DNA of 45,488 bases, from assembly GCA_024275095.1 (NCBI GenBank), contig JAJRZV010000054.1:1-45488 (forward strand). The letters are read 5' to 3'. Below, in pieces: positions 1 through 9,804 of the stretch. How positions within the stretch are numbered: position 1 is the stretch's first letter; each line of letters opens with the position of its first letter. The notes beneath the pieces were generated by a model, which did not search any database, had not been told where the DNA came from, and saw only the letters and a list, made by a program, of their open reading frames with translations. The position numbers and the translations under genes were made by a program. The DNA comes from a bacterium. GTDB lineage: Bacteria; JAJRZV01.

Positions 1-549
1 AACAGGCATGAGTATCTGTTTGGGCTCAGGAAACGTTTCTCCGTAAAAATGGTTAAAGCGACGTGCAATTTCCCGTGTGAGCTCAATATGGGGCACCTGG
101 TCCGCACCCACCGGCACCCCTTCAGCGCGGTAAATCAGGATATCCGCGGCCTGAAGAACTGGATAACCCAGGAAACCATATGTATGAAGATCGCGTGTGG
201 TTTGCTCCCGCAACTGTTCTTTATAAGTCGGGTTGCGTTCCAGCCAGGGCAGGGGAGTAATCATGGAAAGAATCAGGTGAAGTTCCGCATGCTGTTTTAC
301 AGATGACTGGACGAAAACAACCGATTTTTCGGGATCAAGTCCTCCGGCAATCCAGTCCCTGACCATTTCTACGCAATATTCATGTATCTCTTCTGTGCGT
401 TCATAATCCGTTGTGAGTGCATGCCAGTCAGCCACAAAGTAAAAACACTCGTGGCCTTCTTCCTGGTAGTGCACCCAGTTTTGAAGCACGCTGTACAGAT
501 GGCCCAGGTGAAGATAACCCGTGGGCCTCATGCCGCTGAGTATCCGCAT
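1..549 (-). CDS. trpS: Tryptophanyl-tRNA synthetase (5' part; runs off the window edge)
   Basis: Not in the ORF track. Manual minus-strand translation from ATG at 549 gives MRILSGMRPTGYLHLGHLYSVLQNWVHYQEEGHECFYFVADWHALTT, the TrpRS N-terminus with HIGH-like HLGH and ADxHA. SD-like GGGGTG lies upstream. Confidence 0.95.
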   Translation of the reverse strand, partial: MRILSGMRPTGYLHLGHLYSVLQNWVHYQEEGHECFYFVADWHALTTDYERTEEIHEYCVEMVRDWIAGGLDPEKSVVFVQSSVKQHAELHLILSMITPLPWLERNPTYKEQLREQTTRDLHTYGFLGYPVLQAADILIYRAEGVPVGADQVPHIELTREIARRFNHFYGETFPEPKQILMPV

Positions 550-593
550 CAGAACACCCCGGCCAGCAGTATATCTAAAGGATATAAGCTCAT
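549..593 (-). other. 14-codon mini-ORF (MSLYPLDILLAGVF) linking the protease stop to the trpS start
   Basis: Its ATG (593-591) overlaps the protease TGA, and its TGA (551-549) overlaps the trpS ATG. Translation is not demonstrated. Confidence 0.35.
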
Positions 594-1297
594 CAATACG
601 TACCGGCAGCGAGTGCCAGAGCTTTCCAGAGGTAATAATTCAGTATTCTCGTTGAAGTACCTGAAAAGAGATGAGAGAACAGCGATACAGGTTTCCACAG
701 GAGCAGACCGAACACAGGGAAAATACCCATTACATCCACGAGAACAAGAAGTACAAGAACTATCGCACCGTATCTGAAAAATTGCTGCAACTGCAGAGCC
801 GTTCGCCCCCTCGCCAGCCCTTCCACTATTCGCGACCCATCTAAAGGAGGAATGGGGAGAAGATTGAAAAAAGCCAGCGCGAGGTTAATTTGAAGTGACA
901 GAATTAAAAATGCCACCAGAAAAGCCCTTGCAGGAAAAGACGAGAAAGTCGCGGGATCAACGTGAGGTATGAGTACGCGCAGGACAATGCCAAAAATCAG
1001 CGCCAGCACGAGATTAGAACCTGGACCAGCCAGCGCCACATAAATCATGTCTCTTTTTGGATCTCTAAAATTATACGGATTTACAGGAACTGGTTTGGCC
1101 CATCCGAAGTGAAAAAGAAAGAGAAAAAGTGTACCCAGAAAATCCAGGTGAGCAAGAGGGTTGAGAGTCAAACGCCCTGCTCTTTATGCTGTATGATCAC
1201 CCAGACGATATGCAGTGTATCCATGAGAATATTCATGCACGGTAAGTGCCAGAAGAATAACTGGTGCAAGAATAATAAATTCCGCTATTCGCCCCAT
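593..1297 (-). pseudogene. Site-2 protease family (M50) membrane metalloprotease interrupted by an in-frame TAA at 1184-1186
   Basis: ATG at 1297 (SD-like GGTGGA) gives [47 protein letters not shown]. HExxH lies before the stop. GWAKPVPVN, ALAGP and NLLPIPPLDG lie after it in the same frame (track ORF 593..1171). Confidence 0.85.
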
Positions 1298-1785
1298 GAA
1301 ACATCCACCAGATAGGGATTGGGCTCACGCAAGATTTCAACATTAACGTACTCAGCACCTATTGTCACCAGAGCACACGTAAGAATATTACTTCCGAGCA
1401 TTGCACTGCCCGAGTTAACAACCAGCACTTCCCCGTGCCATTCCACGTAAGGCCTGTGTGTATGACCGTAGAGAACGAGATCGCATTTCTGTTTCATTGC
1501 GAAAGCAAGCAGATTATCAAGGCCTTCATCCACCTGGAAGCGGTCTCCATGGGTGAGAAACACCCTGCGGCCGTTAAGGTCCACAACCTTCCACCATTGA
1601 GGGTCTTGCCAGAAGTCACAATTTCCCGGGACACATACAATGGGCGTTTTGAGAGAATTTTTCACCTCCAGTATATCTTCAAGTCCGTCTCCAAGATGGA
1701 GACATACATGAGGGGTTACTTTCTTTACCATACGAGTTACAAACTGAACGTTTCCGTGAGTATCACTGAAAACAAGGGCTTTCAC
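1285..1785 (-). CDS. Calcineurin-like metallophosphoesterase (YfcE/MJ0936 family)
   Basis: Motifs SDTHG, HLGD, GNCD, THGD, GHTH and NSGS. Likely start is GTG at 1785 (VKALVFSDTHG) rather than the track start at 1887. Confidence 0.9.
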   Translation of the reverse strand: MKALVFSDTHGNVQFVTRMVKKVTPHVCLHLGDGLEDILEVKNSLKTPIVCVPGNCDFWQDPQWWKVVDLNGRRVFLTHGDRFQVDEGLDNLLAFAMKQKCDLVLYGHTHRPYVEWHGEVLVVNSGSAMLGSNILTCALVTIGAEYVNVEILREPNPYLVDVSWGE

Positions 1786-1819
1786 GTCAGTCGTTTCCGA
1801 AAGCCGGTGCAGGATTTGA

Positions 1820-3754
1820 TTACTTGATAATATGGAATTCAACCCGCCTGTTCCGGGCACGGCCCTCTGGCGTGTTGTTGGGTGCAATGGGCCTGTCAGG
1901 ACCGTAACCCACCGCCACCAGCCGATCAGGAGAAATACCTTTCTTGATAAGGTATTCTCTCACCGCCTCTGCTCGTTTCTGCGAAAGCCTGAGGTTATAG
2001 GCACGACTGCCTGTACTATCAGTATGCCCTTCAATGCGCACTTTCAAATCAGGATTATCAATGAGGATTTTCGCCACCTCATCAAGTATGGGAAAAGACG
2101 CCGGGAGCAGCCGTGATTTGCCCAGTTCAAAAAGGATCTTCTTCTTAATCTCGATAACACCTTTCTCACGTTTCAGTTCTACAATTGGAGGACGACGCTT
2201 GGGCGGAGGCGGTGGAGGTGGAGCAGGTTTCTTCTTGATCGGTTTGGGTATGGGCTGAAGAACGAATTCTACAATCGTGCGGGCACGGTTGCGGACTTCA
2301 ATAACTTTTTCTGATTCGATAAAGCCTTCGGCCGTTGCCACAACCGTGTACCGTCCAGGTGGCAGCCTCATCTCGAACGTGCCGGTGGAAGGCTCCACGG
2401 GAGTACCGGGAAGGTCAGGACGATTCTTTATTCCGATGATTGCGGGGATAGGTACGTTGTTGGGATCAGTAACCTTACCCACAACGAGCCCGATCATCTC
2501 CTCCTTTTCCAGCTCTATGGTCTCCTCTACGGTCGTTCCCGCCTTCACCAGCACCGTCACCTTCTTTACTGCATAACCTTCCTTTCGCACAATCAACTCG
2601 TTCTCTCCTGCTGCCAGTTCCCACGAAAGGAACGTTCCATTAAGTGGGTCAGATGCGATGTTGGAAAGTCCAGTCCCTGGAAACTCTATAATTGCATCAC
2701 CGATAGGATCACCGGTTGCTGCATCAACAACCTTTCCTTTGATGCGTCCTGTTTTTGGTGGTGGAGGAGCTTCAACCTTTTCCACTTTGAGAGGAGCTGG
2801 AGGGAGAAATACATACGAAACTCCAAAGTTCACGTTCCACAATGGCTCATTCACGACTTTCACGCTCTGCACCTCAATTCCCGCACTTGCGGCAGACATG
2901 GAAATATCAGCTCCCAAGTCAATACTCAAACCCTGAAGCGGAGTAATTCGAATGCCCGGGGTAAGCAACTGGGAGTTATCATTCCACGAGCGGCTGACCA
3001 TTTGATACGTGGTGTATTCAATAAATGCCGTAATATCATCAGTCGGAAATTCGAGAGCAATACCGCCGAGAATCATGCCGTGATCGTGGACTCCGTAAAA
3101 GTACTTCACAGCCCTGCTAACATCCCTGTTTTCAGGAAGATTGGACGTGTTGTCAATGATATACCCAACATTCAGGTGAAGCCTGAACGGTGCAGCAATA
3201 TAGGAATCCAGATCCAGAGACCATAAGCCTCGCAATGTTACTGTTGTAGAGTCTGCATCCCACATAAAATTCTCAATGCGGGTCGGCATCATGATTTCTA
3301 TTTCGCCACCGATGTTCATCCCTTCCTGGGTGACATATACTGCCTTTGCAAAAACGGAAAAATCACCAATGGACTGGAGAAAATCTTCGCGTGTACCTTC
3401 GCGGACGCTCGCCGACGCACCCCACGTTGTAAAACCTGTCTCAAGCCAGTCAAGGGGGGCAATGGAAAAAGAGAGGCGACCGCCAATTTGCAAGTACTTT
3501 GGATTTGAGGGTGCAGCACCTGCCTCGTAAGTAGGTCGCGTTTCACCCAGGTCGGGATCAACAAGCCATGGGCTGTAAAACACATCTCCGTGAAGAGCCA
3601 CCCCAAAAGCCATGCGGGGCAACACATATGCAGAATGTACGCGAAACAATCCGGTAGAGGCGTCCAGCGAAGGAGCCACAGGCGCTGCAGAAGAGAAAGA
3701 AGAAAACAGCAGAATGATTGCACACACAGGTATAATAAAAAAGACTTTTTTCAT
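1820..3754 (-). CDS. OmpA-family outer-membrane protein: signal peptide, putative beta-barrel, two carboxypeptidase-regulatory-like beta-sandwich domains, Pro-rich linker, OmpA C domain
   Basis: Signal peptide MKKVFF...SSA. C-terminal IEGHTD, NLRLSQKRAEAV, GYG and GRARNRRVEF. ATG at 3754 follows SD GGGGAA. Confidence 0.88.
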   Translation of the reverse strand: MKKVFFIIPVCAIILLFSSFSSAAPVAPSLDASTGLFRVHSAYVLPRMAFGVALHGDVFYSPWLVDPDLGETRPTYEAGAAPSNPKYLQIGGRLSFSIAPLDWLETGFTTWGASASVREGTREDFLQSIGDFSVFAKAVYVTQEGMNIGGEIEIMMPTRIENFMWDADSTTVTLRGLWSLDLDSYIAAPFRLHLNVGYIIDNTSNLPENRDVSRAVKYFYGVHDHGMILGGIALEFPTDDITAFIEYTTYQMVSRSWNDNSQLLTPGIRITPLQGLSIDLGADISMSAASAGIEVQSVKVVNEPLWNVNFGVSYVFLPPAPLKVEKVEAPPPPKTGRIKGKVVDAATGDPIGDAIIEFPGTGLSNIASDPLNGTFLSWELAAGENELIVRKEGYAVKKVTVLVKAGTTVEETIELEKEEMIGLVVGKVTDPNNVPIPAIIGIKNRPDLPGTPVEPSTGTFEMRLPPGRYTVVATAEGFIESEKVIEVRNRARTIVEFVLQPIPKPIKKKPAPPPPPPPKRRPPIVELKREKGVIEIKKKILFELGKSRLLPASFPILDEVAKILIDNPDLKVRIEGHTDSTGSRAYNLRLSQKRAEAVREYLIKKGISPDRLVAVGYGPDRPIAPNNTPEGRARNRRVEFHIIK

Positions 3755-3782
3755 AATAAATTCCCCCAACCTGTTTTGAATT

Positions 3783-3811
3783 ATTCTAAAATCCACCGCT
3801 CCGGTAGTCAA
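3783..3811 (-). promoter_or_regulatory. Sigma70-type promoter for the ompA-like gene and downstream genes
   Basis: Minus strand TTGACT-17 nt-TAGAAT, about 30 nt upstream of the ATG at 3754. Confidence 0.7.
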
Positions 3812-4077
3812 GGAAAGGGCTTTTTTGCTTTCTTTCGATAGTCAGGCATGTTTCAACAATTACTTTCCCGCTGGCGAAGGGATACACCATTCACCATACA
3901 CCAAGAATCACCGGCACGTTTCTTTGAAAACAACTGCGCAAGCGAATTTCTGTGTTATCTCCAACTCAGCTTTCATACAAGACTTCTTCTTTAAAGTGTA
4001 CTTTCAACCTCCGAAAAGGTGAATAGGTTGATGGTTTTGATTTTACCGCCCGCCCCTCTCAAACAGGACAAAGTCTG

Positions 4078-6150
4078 TTATTCTTCTTCTTTCTTCTTGT
4101 AAGGGCTCTCCTCCACGATTTTATTCACCAGGTGTGGAGGCACTTCTTCGTAGTGATCAAAATCCATCGTAAACGTGCCCATTCCCTGCGTCAGTGCCCG
4201 CAATTGAGGAGCATACGTGAGCATCTCAGCCATGGGGACCTCTGCCCTGATAACCTTACCGTGCTTTTCCACGTCAATTCCCATGATTTTGGCTCTACGG
4301 GAATTCAGGTCGTTCATCACCGCACCGACAAATGCTTCAGGCACGGTTATTTCCACTTTCATAATGGGCTCGAGCAAAGTGGGGTTCGCCTTGGGTACTG
4401 CATTTTTGAATGCCAGTGATCCAGCAATCTGAAAGGCGATGTCAGAAGAGTCCACTTCGTGGTAGCTCCCGTCGTAAAGGGTCACCTTTACATCAATAAC
4501 CGGGTAACCTGCGAGCGGCCCGTGTTGCATTGCCTCCTTAACACCCTTTTCCACGGCAGGAATGAAGTTTTTGGGAATAACACCGCCTTTGATCATATCC
4601 ACAAATTCAAATCCCTTACCCCTCGGCAGTGGTTCAATCTGGATCCACGCATCACCGTACTGTCCCCGGCCACCGGATTGTTTTTTGTACTTGCCCTGGG
4701 CCTGGGCTTTGCTCTTGATGGTTTCCCGATACGGAACCTTGGGCAGGTCGAATTCAATCTCCACTCCAAATTTTCTCTGAAGCCTCTCCTGTACGACTTC
4801 CAGATGCACCTGGCCCATCCCCCAGAGAAGTAAATCCTTGGTATCGGGATCACGCGTTGCTTCAAGAAGAGGATCCTCGTCTATGATTTTCTGGAGTGCA
4901 CCGCTCACCTTTTCTTCACTGGCTTTACCCTTCGGTCTCACCACATATGAAAGCACCCTCTTCGGTATCTCGAAAGGTGGATAAACAACCGGGAATCCCT
5001 CTTCTGCTACGGTGTCACCGGTGTTGAGTGTATCCACCTTCTTGAGAATAAGAATATCTCCTGCCGGCACTTCCGGGGCTGTTACGTGCTCAACCCCCTT
5101 AATGGTCACAAGTTGAGACACCTTTATTTTTTCACCGGTACGGCTCACTATCAGCGGTATCTCCGGTTTGACGCGACCGGATACAACACGGAGGTAGCTG
5201 ATCTTCCCTGCATAATGATCAACGGTTGTTTTAAGCACATACGCACTAACCTTTCCGTCATCACTGAGGGGAACTTCCACTTCTTCGTTATTGAGAGTCC
5301 CTTTCCATGAAGGAGCATCTTCGGGAGATGGGAACGCATCGACCACAAAGTCCATCAACGGTTTCACCCCTACATTCAGATAGGCAGAACCAGCAAACAC
5401 GGGAACGAAATGGCCATCTTGAAAACTTTTGCGTATGGCATTGCTGATCTCTTCGGGTGTGAGTTCTTCGCCTTCAAGGTATTTCTCCGTGAGTGCATCA
5501 TCGACCTCAATGGCCGTCTCAACAAGGTTTTCCTTTAAAGTTTCTATTTCTCCTTTAATCTCCCCGGGCACATCTCCCTTTTTTACCTTTCCTGTATACG
5601 GTTCTTCGTAGTACAAAGCCTCACCGGCAAGTACGTTTACAAACCCTTTAAATTCCTCTCCCCGGCCGATTGGATAAGTAAGCACGGCCGGCTTTTTACC
5701 CAGTGCTTCTTCTACTGAAGCAAGGGCCGATGAAAAATCCCCTTCCGGATCATCAAGGTGGTTGATAAATACGGCAAATGGTTTGTTCAGTTCCTGCAGA
5801 ACATCCAGAAAAAGAATTGAAACATCCTTCAACCCTCTCACCGCGCTTACCACGAGCACAGCAGCATCGCCCACACGTGTAACGTTTTTAACCTCGGCCA
5901 TGAAATTTGTAAATCCTGGAGTGTCCCAAAAAACAAGTCTGGTCTTGTTGTGTTCTGCTGTTGCAGGTCTCGACTGAAGCGTGAAGTTACGTTTTTTTTC
6001 TTCGTCTTCCGTGTCCAGAGGTGAAGACCCGCCGTCAATGCGACGAAATTTTTTGATCCCTTTCCCCAGGTAAAGCATCACTTCTATAAGTGAAGTCTTT
6101 CCTGAACCATCCTGGCCGAGAAACGTAACCCACCTTATGTTTTTCGCCAT
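4078..6150 (-). CDS. Elongation factor G paralogue (EF-G2/FusA-like) with divergent GTPase motifs
   Basis: 690 aa EF-G architecture with GMGQVHLEV, KVPYRETI, KQSGGRGQYG, DGSYHEVDSS and LLEPIM. G motifs are GQDGSGKTS, RNFTL, DTPGF and NHLD. Not in the rpsL-rpsG-tuf context. Confidence 0.92.
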   Translation of the reverse strand: MAKNIRWVTFLGQDGSGKTSLIEVMLYLGKGIKKFRRIDGGSSPLDTEDEEKKRNFTLQSRPATAEHNKTRLVFWDTPGFTNFMAEVKNVTRVGDAAVLVVSAVRGLKDVSILFLDVLQELNKPFAVFINHLDDPEGDFSSALASVEEALGKKPAVLTYPIGRGEEFKGFVNVLAGEALYYEEPYTGKVKKGDVPGEIKGEIETLKENLVETAIEVDDALTEKYLEGEELTPEEISNAIRKSFQDGHFVPVFAGSAYLNVGVKPLMDFVVDAFPSPEDAPSWKGTLNNEEVEVPLSDDGKVSAYVLKTTVDHYAGKISYLRVVSGRVKPEIPLIVSRTGEKIKVSQLVTIKGVEHVTAPEVPAGDILILKKVDTLNTGDTVAEEGFPVVYPPFEIPKRVLSYVVRPKGKASEEKVSGALQKIIDEDPLLEATRDPDTKDLLLWGMGQVHLEVVQERLQRKFGVEIEFDLPKVPYRETIKSKAQAQGKYKKQSGGRGQYGDAWIQIEPLPRGKGFEFVDMIKGGVIPKNFIPAVEKGVKEAMQHGPLAGYPVIDVKVTLYDGSYHEVDSSDIAFQIAGSLAFKNAVPKANPTLLEPIMKVEITVPEAFVGAVMNDLNSRRAKIMGIDVEKHGKVIRAEVPMAEMLTYAPQLRALTQGMGTFTMDFDHYEEVPPHLVNKIVEESPYKKKEEE

Positions 6151-6266
6151 GGCCTCCTCCCTCTATGCGAAGATGCAACTTCGAGCACATCATAATACCA
6201 GCGCCTCTGCCTTATTGACAGCGTTTCAAACACTTCGAACTCCCTTTTTCCTGGTTACGAATTCTC

Positions 6267-7544
6267 TTAAAACCGGTATGTAAGGTCAAGCCCCACGGTG
6301 TAGAGTCTTCCTGAAAAAGTGATCTGCTGACCGTTCATCATGCTCGTTTTGGTATAGGTTCTTTCAGTCATGATATCTACACGGAAAAATGTGTCAATGG
6401 ATACGGGTTTTTCCAGGATTCCAAACGGGTCTTTGAATCGAGCGGAAGTACCGAAACATATCTTGTGAACGGTACTGTCAAGATAGTTGGAAGACCCGGT
6501 TTGTTCCGGCACAGGAGTGGGTCTGAGCACATACCCTACCCTTAATCCAAGATAATGAAGGGGCCAGCCTTCCACGCCGAGACGGAACTCCCATATGTCG
6601 TGGAATCCAGGGTCAACATTTTCTGGAAGATTTAAAGATGCAAGAGCCACATCCTTCAGAGATTCTGGTTCAACTTCCACAATCTGGGGCACAGGGGGAA
6701 CATATTCGGAATAGCGATGCCAGACCACTTCTGCCGACGCAGTGAGTATTTTTTTATAGAAATAGGCTGCGCCGAGTGATAGCTCTTTTGGACGATAGAA
6801 ATCCTGAAATTTTGATTTCACCCTGGCTACCTGGTTCCCAAAAAGCATTATTTCTGTGGGGAGCTCGATGGGCACGTCTATGTTGTGCCGGTACACTGCG
6901 GCAAGGGATATAAAAGGGAGCGGCCTGAACATGACACCTATAATAGGTGATGCAACGGTGGGAAGCGGAGAGTCCACGAGTAAAGGCTCTACGGTATTCG
7001 TGGGGTCCAGGGTAATACGCACCGTCAACCCGCCTATGACTTCCGCACCCACACCAAATGAGAGCACATCCAGCGGGCGGAACGATACGCCTGCAAGCAC
7101 AGAGAGGCGGTTTGCCTTATTTTCGTACATGATGTAATTGGGCCGCTGAGGATTCACAGAACGCACCCGAATTACATACGAGGTGGGATCGTAAATCCCG
7201 AGACCCACGCTGATAATTCGACTGATCTTTCCCTCTCCAAGAGGAGTGCTAAAACCGGCAAAGATACCTCTTATCAGGGGAATATCTATATTACCACCCA
7301 CGTCTTTAAACTGGGGCTCGCTGTAGTGGTATCCCAGACCAAGCGTCCTGTCCTTTGAGAAGCCCAGGCCTGCAGGGTTGTGATAAATCGCTGGGTAGCC
7401 CTCTCCGATTGCTGCATATGCACCTCCCATGGCAATGGCTCTACCGCCAAATCCCACCACTTCTATACCGCTTGCATACACATCTGGGTGACTCATCAAA
7501 AAAACGAGTGTTGCTCCAACAACCTGAATAAACAACCGTTTCAT
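6267..7544 (-). CDS. OmpP1/FadL/TodX family outer-membrane transporter
   Basis: N-terminal GGRAIAMGGAYAA...AIYHNPAGL signature, signal peptide and terminal Phe (TYRF). ATG at 7544 follows SD AAGGAGG. Confidence 0.85.
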   Translation of the reverse strand: MKRLFIQVVGATLVFLMSHPDVYASGIEVVGFGGRAIAMGGAYAAIGEGYPAIYHNPAGLGFSKDRTLGLGYHYSEPQFKDVGGNIDIPLIRGIFAGFSTPLGEGKISRIISVGLGIYDPTSYVIRVRSVNPQRPNYIMYENKANRLSVLAGVSFRPLDVLSFGVGAEVIGGLTVRITLDPTNTVEPLLVDSPLPTVASPIIGVMFRPLPFISLAAVYRHNIDVPIELPTEIMLFGNQVARVKSKFQDFYRPKELSLGAAYFYKKILTASAEVVWHRYSEYVPPVPQIVEVEPESLKDVALASLNLPENVDPGFHDIWEFRLGVEGWPLHYLGLRVGYVLRPTPVPEQTGSSNYLDSTVHKICFGTSARFKDPFGILEKPVSIDTFFRVDIMTERTYTKTSMMNGQQITFSGRLYTVGLDLTYRF

Positions 7545-7567
7545 ATCCACCTCCTTAAAATTAAACT

Positions 7568-9220
7568 TTATTGAACGGGCATAATAGCCCGAATAGCCTC
7601 GATAAGGGTGTAAACGCGAATCAATAAATCGTTGATCACAGCATTAAAGGCAAAACTGTCAGGATATTTCCAGCCTCCTGAAACCCACTGAGCCGGAAGG
7701 GCACACCCGGGAATTGTATCCACATTTTGTAAATTCACGAGAAAAAGCTTTGCTGCATCAGAATCAGAGGTAAAGGTAAATCCTGTGTATATCAAAAGGT
7801 CAGTAGAGGAAGCTTTCACGGCAATGCAATCCCTGGGGATTGCTACAGAATATCCATCAAAATGGCTTGCATCCCCCTTCTTTACATACAGGGCACTGCT
7901 TGGGGCATCCGCTCCAATTTCGCCTTCGATAAGAAATTCCGGAACGCTAACTCCATCATACTGGACCACAGTTGTCGCAGGCAAAAATGCCGAAGGAGTG
8001 ACAGCAACTTCAGGAGATGCAGGAAAAAGCTTGTTAATATAGATGCTCAAAGTGGCTGGAAAACTTATTTGCAGCGACATGTCTCCCGTGTTGCTGATGG
8101 AACTCAACAGGCTGGCAATATTCGGAGGTATGAGGGCGTTCAGTTCAGAAATCCCCACAGGGTAATCACCGCCGAGAAATGCCCCTCTCAGCCGGCTGAA
8201 GAAACGACTCATCCCTTTAAGGTAATCGTACGAGAACAGTCCCTCGCCGAGCAAAAAGCATACAAAATCCCTGTCTATACATACGGACCCCATTGTCAAA
8301 ACACACTTTTCTTCTGATTCCTCGTAACGTGTGATGTCGTACGCGTTGATTATCATGCACTGGTTGGGTCCTCCATAACACAGAACGTCTTTTTCAGGAT
8401 CGCACTCCGCCTTTGCCGCAGGCGAGAAGAATACGCCTGTGTCCGGGTCTACCACGTCTATAAAGCGCTCCATCGCCTTTGCAAAACTCAAAGCGGACTT
8501 AATGTAAATGCTGCTACGCGTTGGATCGTTAGAAAGCTGAAGAAAAGACGGCCCAACCACGCGTGCCAGTGACCGTATAAATCTTATAGGCTCTGAAAGA
8601 GGTGGAAAGTACTCAGGCACTTGCTGCGAAATGCTACGCGTATAGGCCTCTTCCAAGAGTTCCATGAGCGCGCTGAAACCCACGTCAAAATTGATACCCA
8701 TAAGTGCAGAAACGAAACCATCAAGAAAGTTCAAAATTCCACTGATCGCATACACAAGAGGTGTTTTCCACACGCCATCCAGTGCCATGTCAAGTATGGG
8801 TGACGAGGTGTTCCCGAGAACGAGGGGTATGGGACCACCAGGGTCAAATGGAGGACAGTTGTTGTCAATAATGCTATCGGCTTGTGCTTCAAAGTCCTGA
8901 ATGTAATCGTGCACTCCCTTGAGCATTTCGTATACAAGAGGGTCTATCGAGATATCCCCTTCTGCCAGCGGGAGCAATCCCTCGCTTGAAACCATCGTAC
9001 CAATTGAACCCACCATCCGGACAATCATGCCCAGATTGGCGATAAGCAGCCCGAAGTTTTTCTCACATGAGGAGCCCTCCACTTTGTTAAACTCATCGTA
9101 AGCAACCTGAAACCACCCCGAGCGCAGAAAATGTTTCCCCCTTTCCAGGTGATCGTACTCAAACCCGCATCCTGCTGACATGAAGACGACGATACACACC
9201 AATACCGTGATTTTTTTCAT
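7568..9220 (-). CDS. Hypothetical lipoprotein (550 aa, Cys-rich patches)
   Basis: Lipobox SAGC after a hydrophobic stretch, SD GGAGG, ATGA overlap with the upstream gene. No family recognised. Confidence 0.75.
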   Translation of the reverse strand: MKKITVLVCIVVFMSAGCGFEYDHLERGKHFLRSGWFQVAYDEFNKVEGSSCEKNFGLLIANLGMIVRMVGSIGTMVSSEGLLPLAEGDISIDPLVYEMLKGVHDYIQDFEAQADSIIDNNCPPFDPGGPIPLVLGNTSSPILDMALDGVWKTPLVYAISGILNFLDGFVSALMGINFDVGFSALMELLEEAYTRSISQQVPEYFPPLSEPIRFIRSLARVVGPSFLQLSNDPTRSSIYIKSALSFAKAMERFIDVVDPDTGVFFSPAAKAECDPEKDVLCYGGPNQCMIINAYDITRYEESEEKCVLTMGSVCIDRDFVCFLLGEGLFSYDYLKGMSRFFSRLRGAFLGGDYPVGISELNALIPPNIASLLSSISNTGDMSLQISFPATLSIYINKLFPASPEVAVTPSAFLPATTVVQYDGVSVPEFLIEGEIGADAPSSALYVKKGDASHFDGYSVAIPRDCIAVKASSTDLLIYTGFTFTSDSDAAKLFLVNLQNVDTIPGCALPAQWVSGGWKYPDSFAFNAVINDLLIRVYTLIEAIRAIMPVQ

Positions 9221-9804
9221 GGTTTTTCCTCCACCAGAAACATTGTTATCTTACGTTTTCGTGGTTCAAACACCTCTGTAAGTGCTCCTGCCTTTACCAC
9301 ATTCCCTCTTTTGTCCAGCAGGTGACAATGCCCTTCTGCGCTGATGCGGACCAAAGCCCTCCTGAAGATATTCCCCTCCCTTATGGTAATGCTCTGGCAC
9401 TTCAAAGATTGAACCCCGCCCTCATACCGATGCCAGAAGGCAAGTGGGCCTCCCCGCCTGAGCTCTTCGGGAAATTCTTCCGCTTCAGATGCAACGTGCT
9501 TCAAATTTACACGGCGCCCGTCGAGCACAACCTCCACCATGAGAAGATTTTTCAATCCGCGCATGCGTGCCATTTCACGGGCTTCACCTGCGTCAATAAT
9601 TCCGTCTCTATTCGCATCCATGTCTTTAAGAAGGTTCTCGTACTGGCTGCTGGAAGGCAGTATGTACTCGAAAATTTCCAGCACAACCGTATTACCCTGG
9701 AGTGCCAGAGCTTCCACACGATCATACTTTGCTTTGTGTGCATACCCGGGAACAGCCAGGAATACAATTACGCCAACGCTTATACACCTTACAGGGATTC
9801 GCAT
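9217..9804 (-). CDS. Hypothetical exported protein with an EF-hand-like motif
   Basis: Signal peptide ending PGYA-H and motif DANRDGIIDAGE. Start and stop overlap both neighbouring genes. Confidence 0.7.
   Translation of the reverse strand: MRIPVRCISVGVIVFLAVPGYAHKAKYDRVEALALQGNTVVLEIFEYILPSSSQYENLLKDMDANRDGIIDAGEAREMARMRGLKNLLMVEVVLDGRRVNLKHVASEAEEFPEELRRGGPLAFWHRYEGGVQSLKCQSITIREGNIFRRALVRISAEGHCHLLDKRGNVVKAGALTEVFEPRKRKITMFLVEEKP

Noticed and set aside
549-593. T-box or Trp attenuator upstream of trpS
   Set aside because: The gap is only about 43 nt, with no T-box sequence, terminator or Trp codons.
49-777. Plus-strand ORFs 49..306 and 382..777
   Set aside because: Antisense to trpS and the site-2 protease.
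3825-4022. 65-aa ORF or ncRNA in the gap between the EF-G and ompA-like genes
   Set aside because: No SD, no motifs and no convincing stem structure found.
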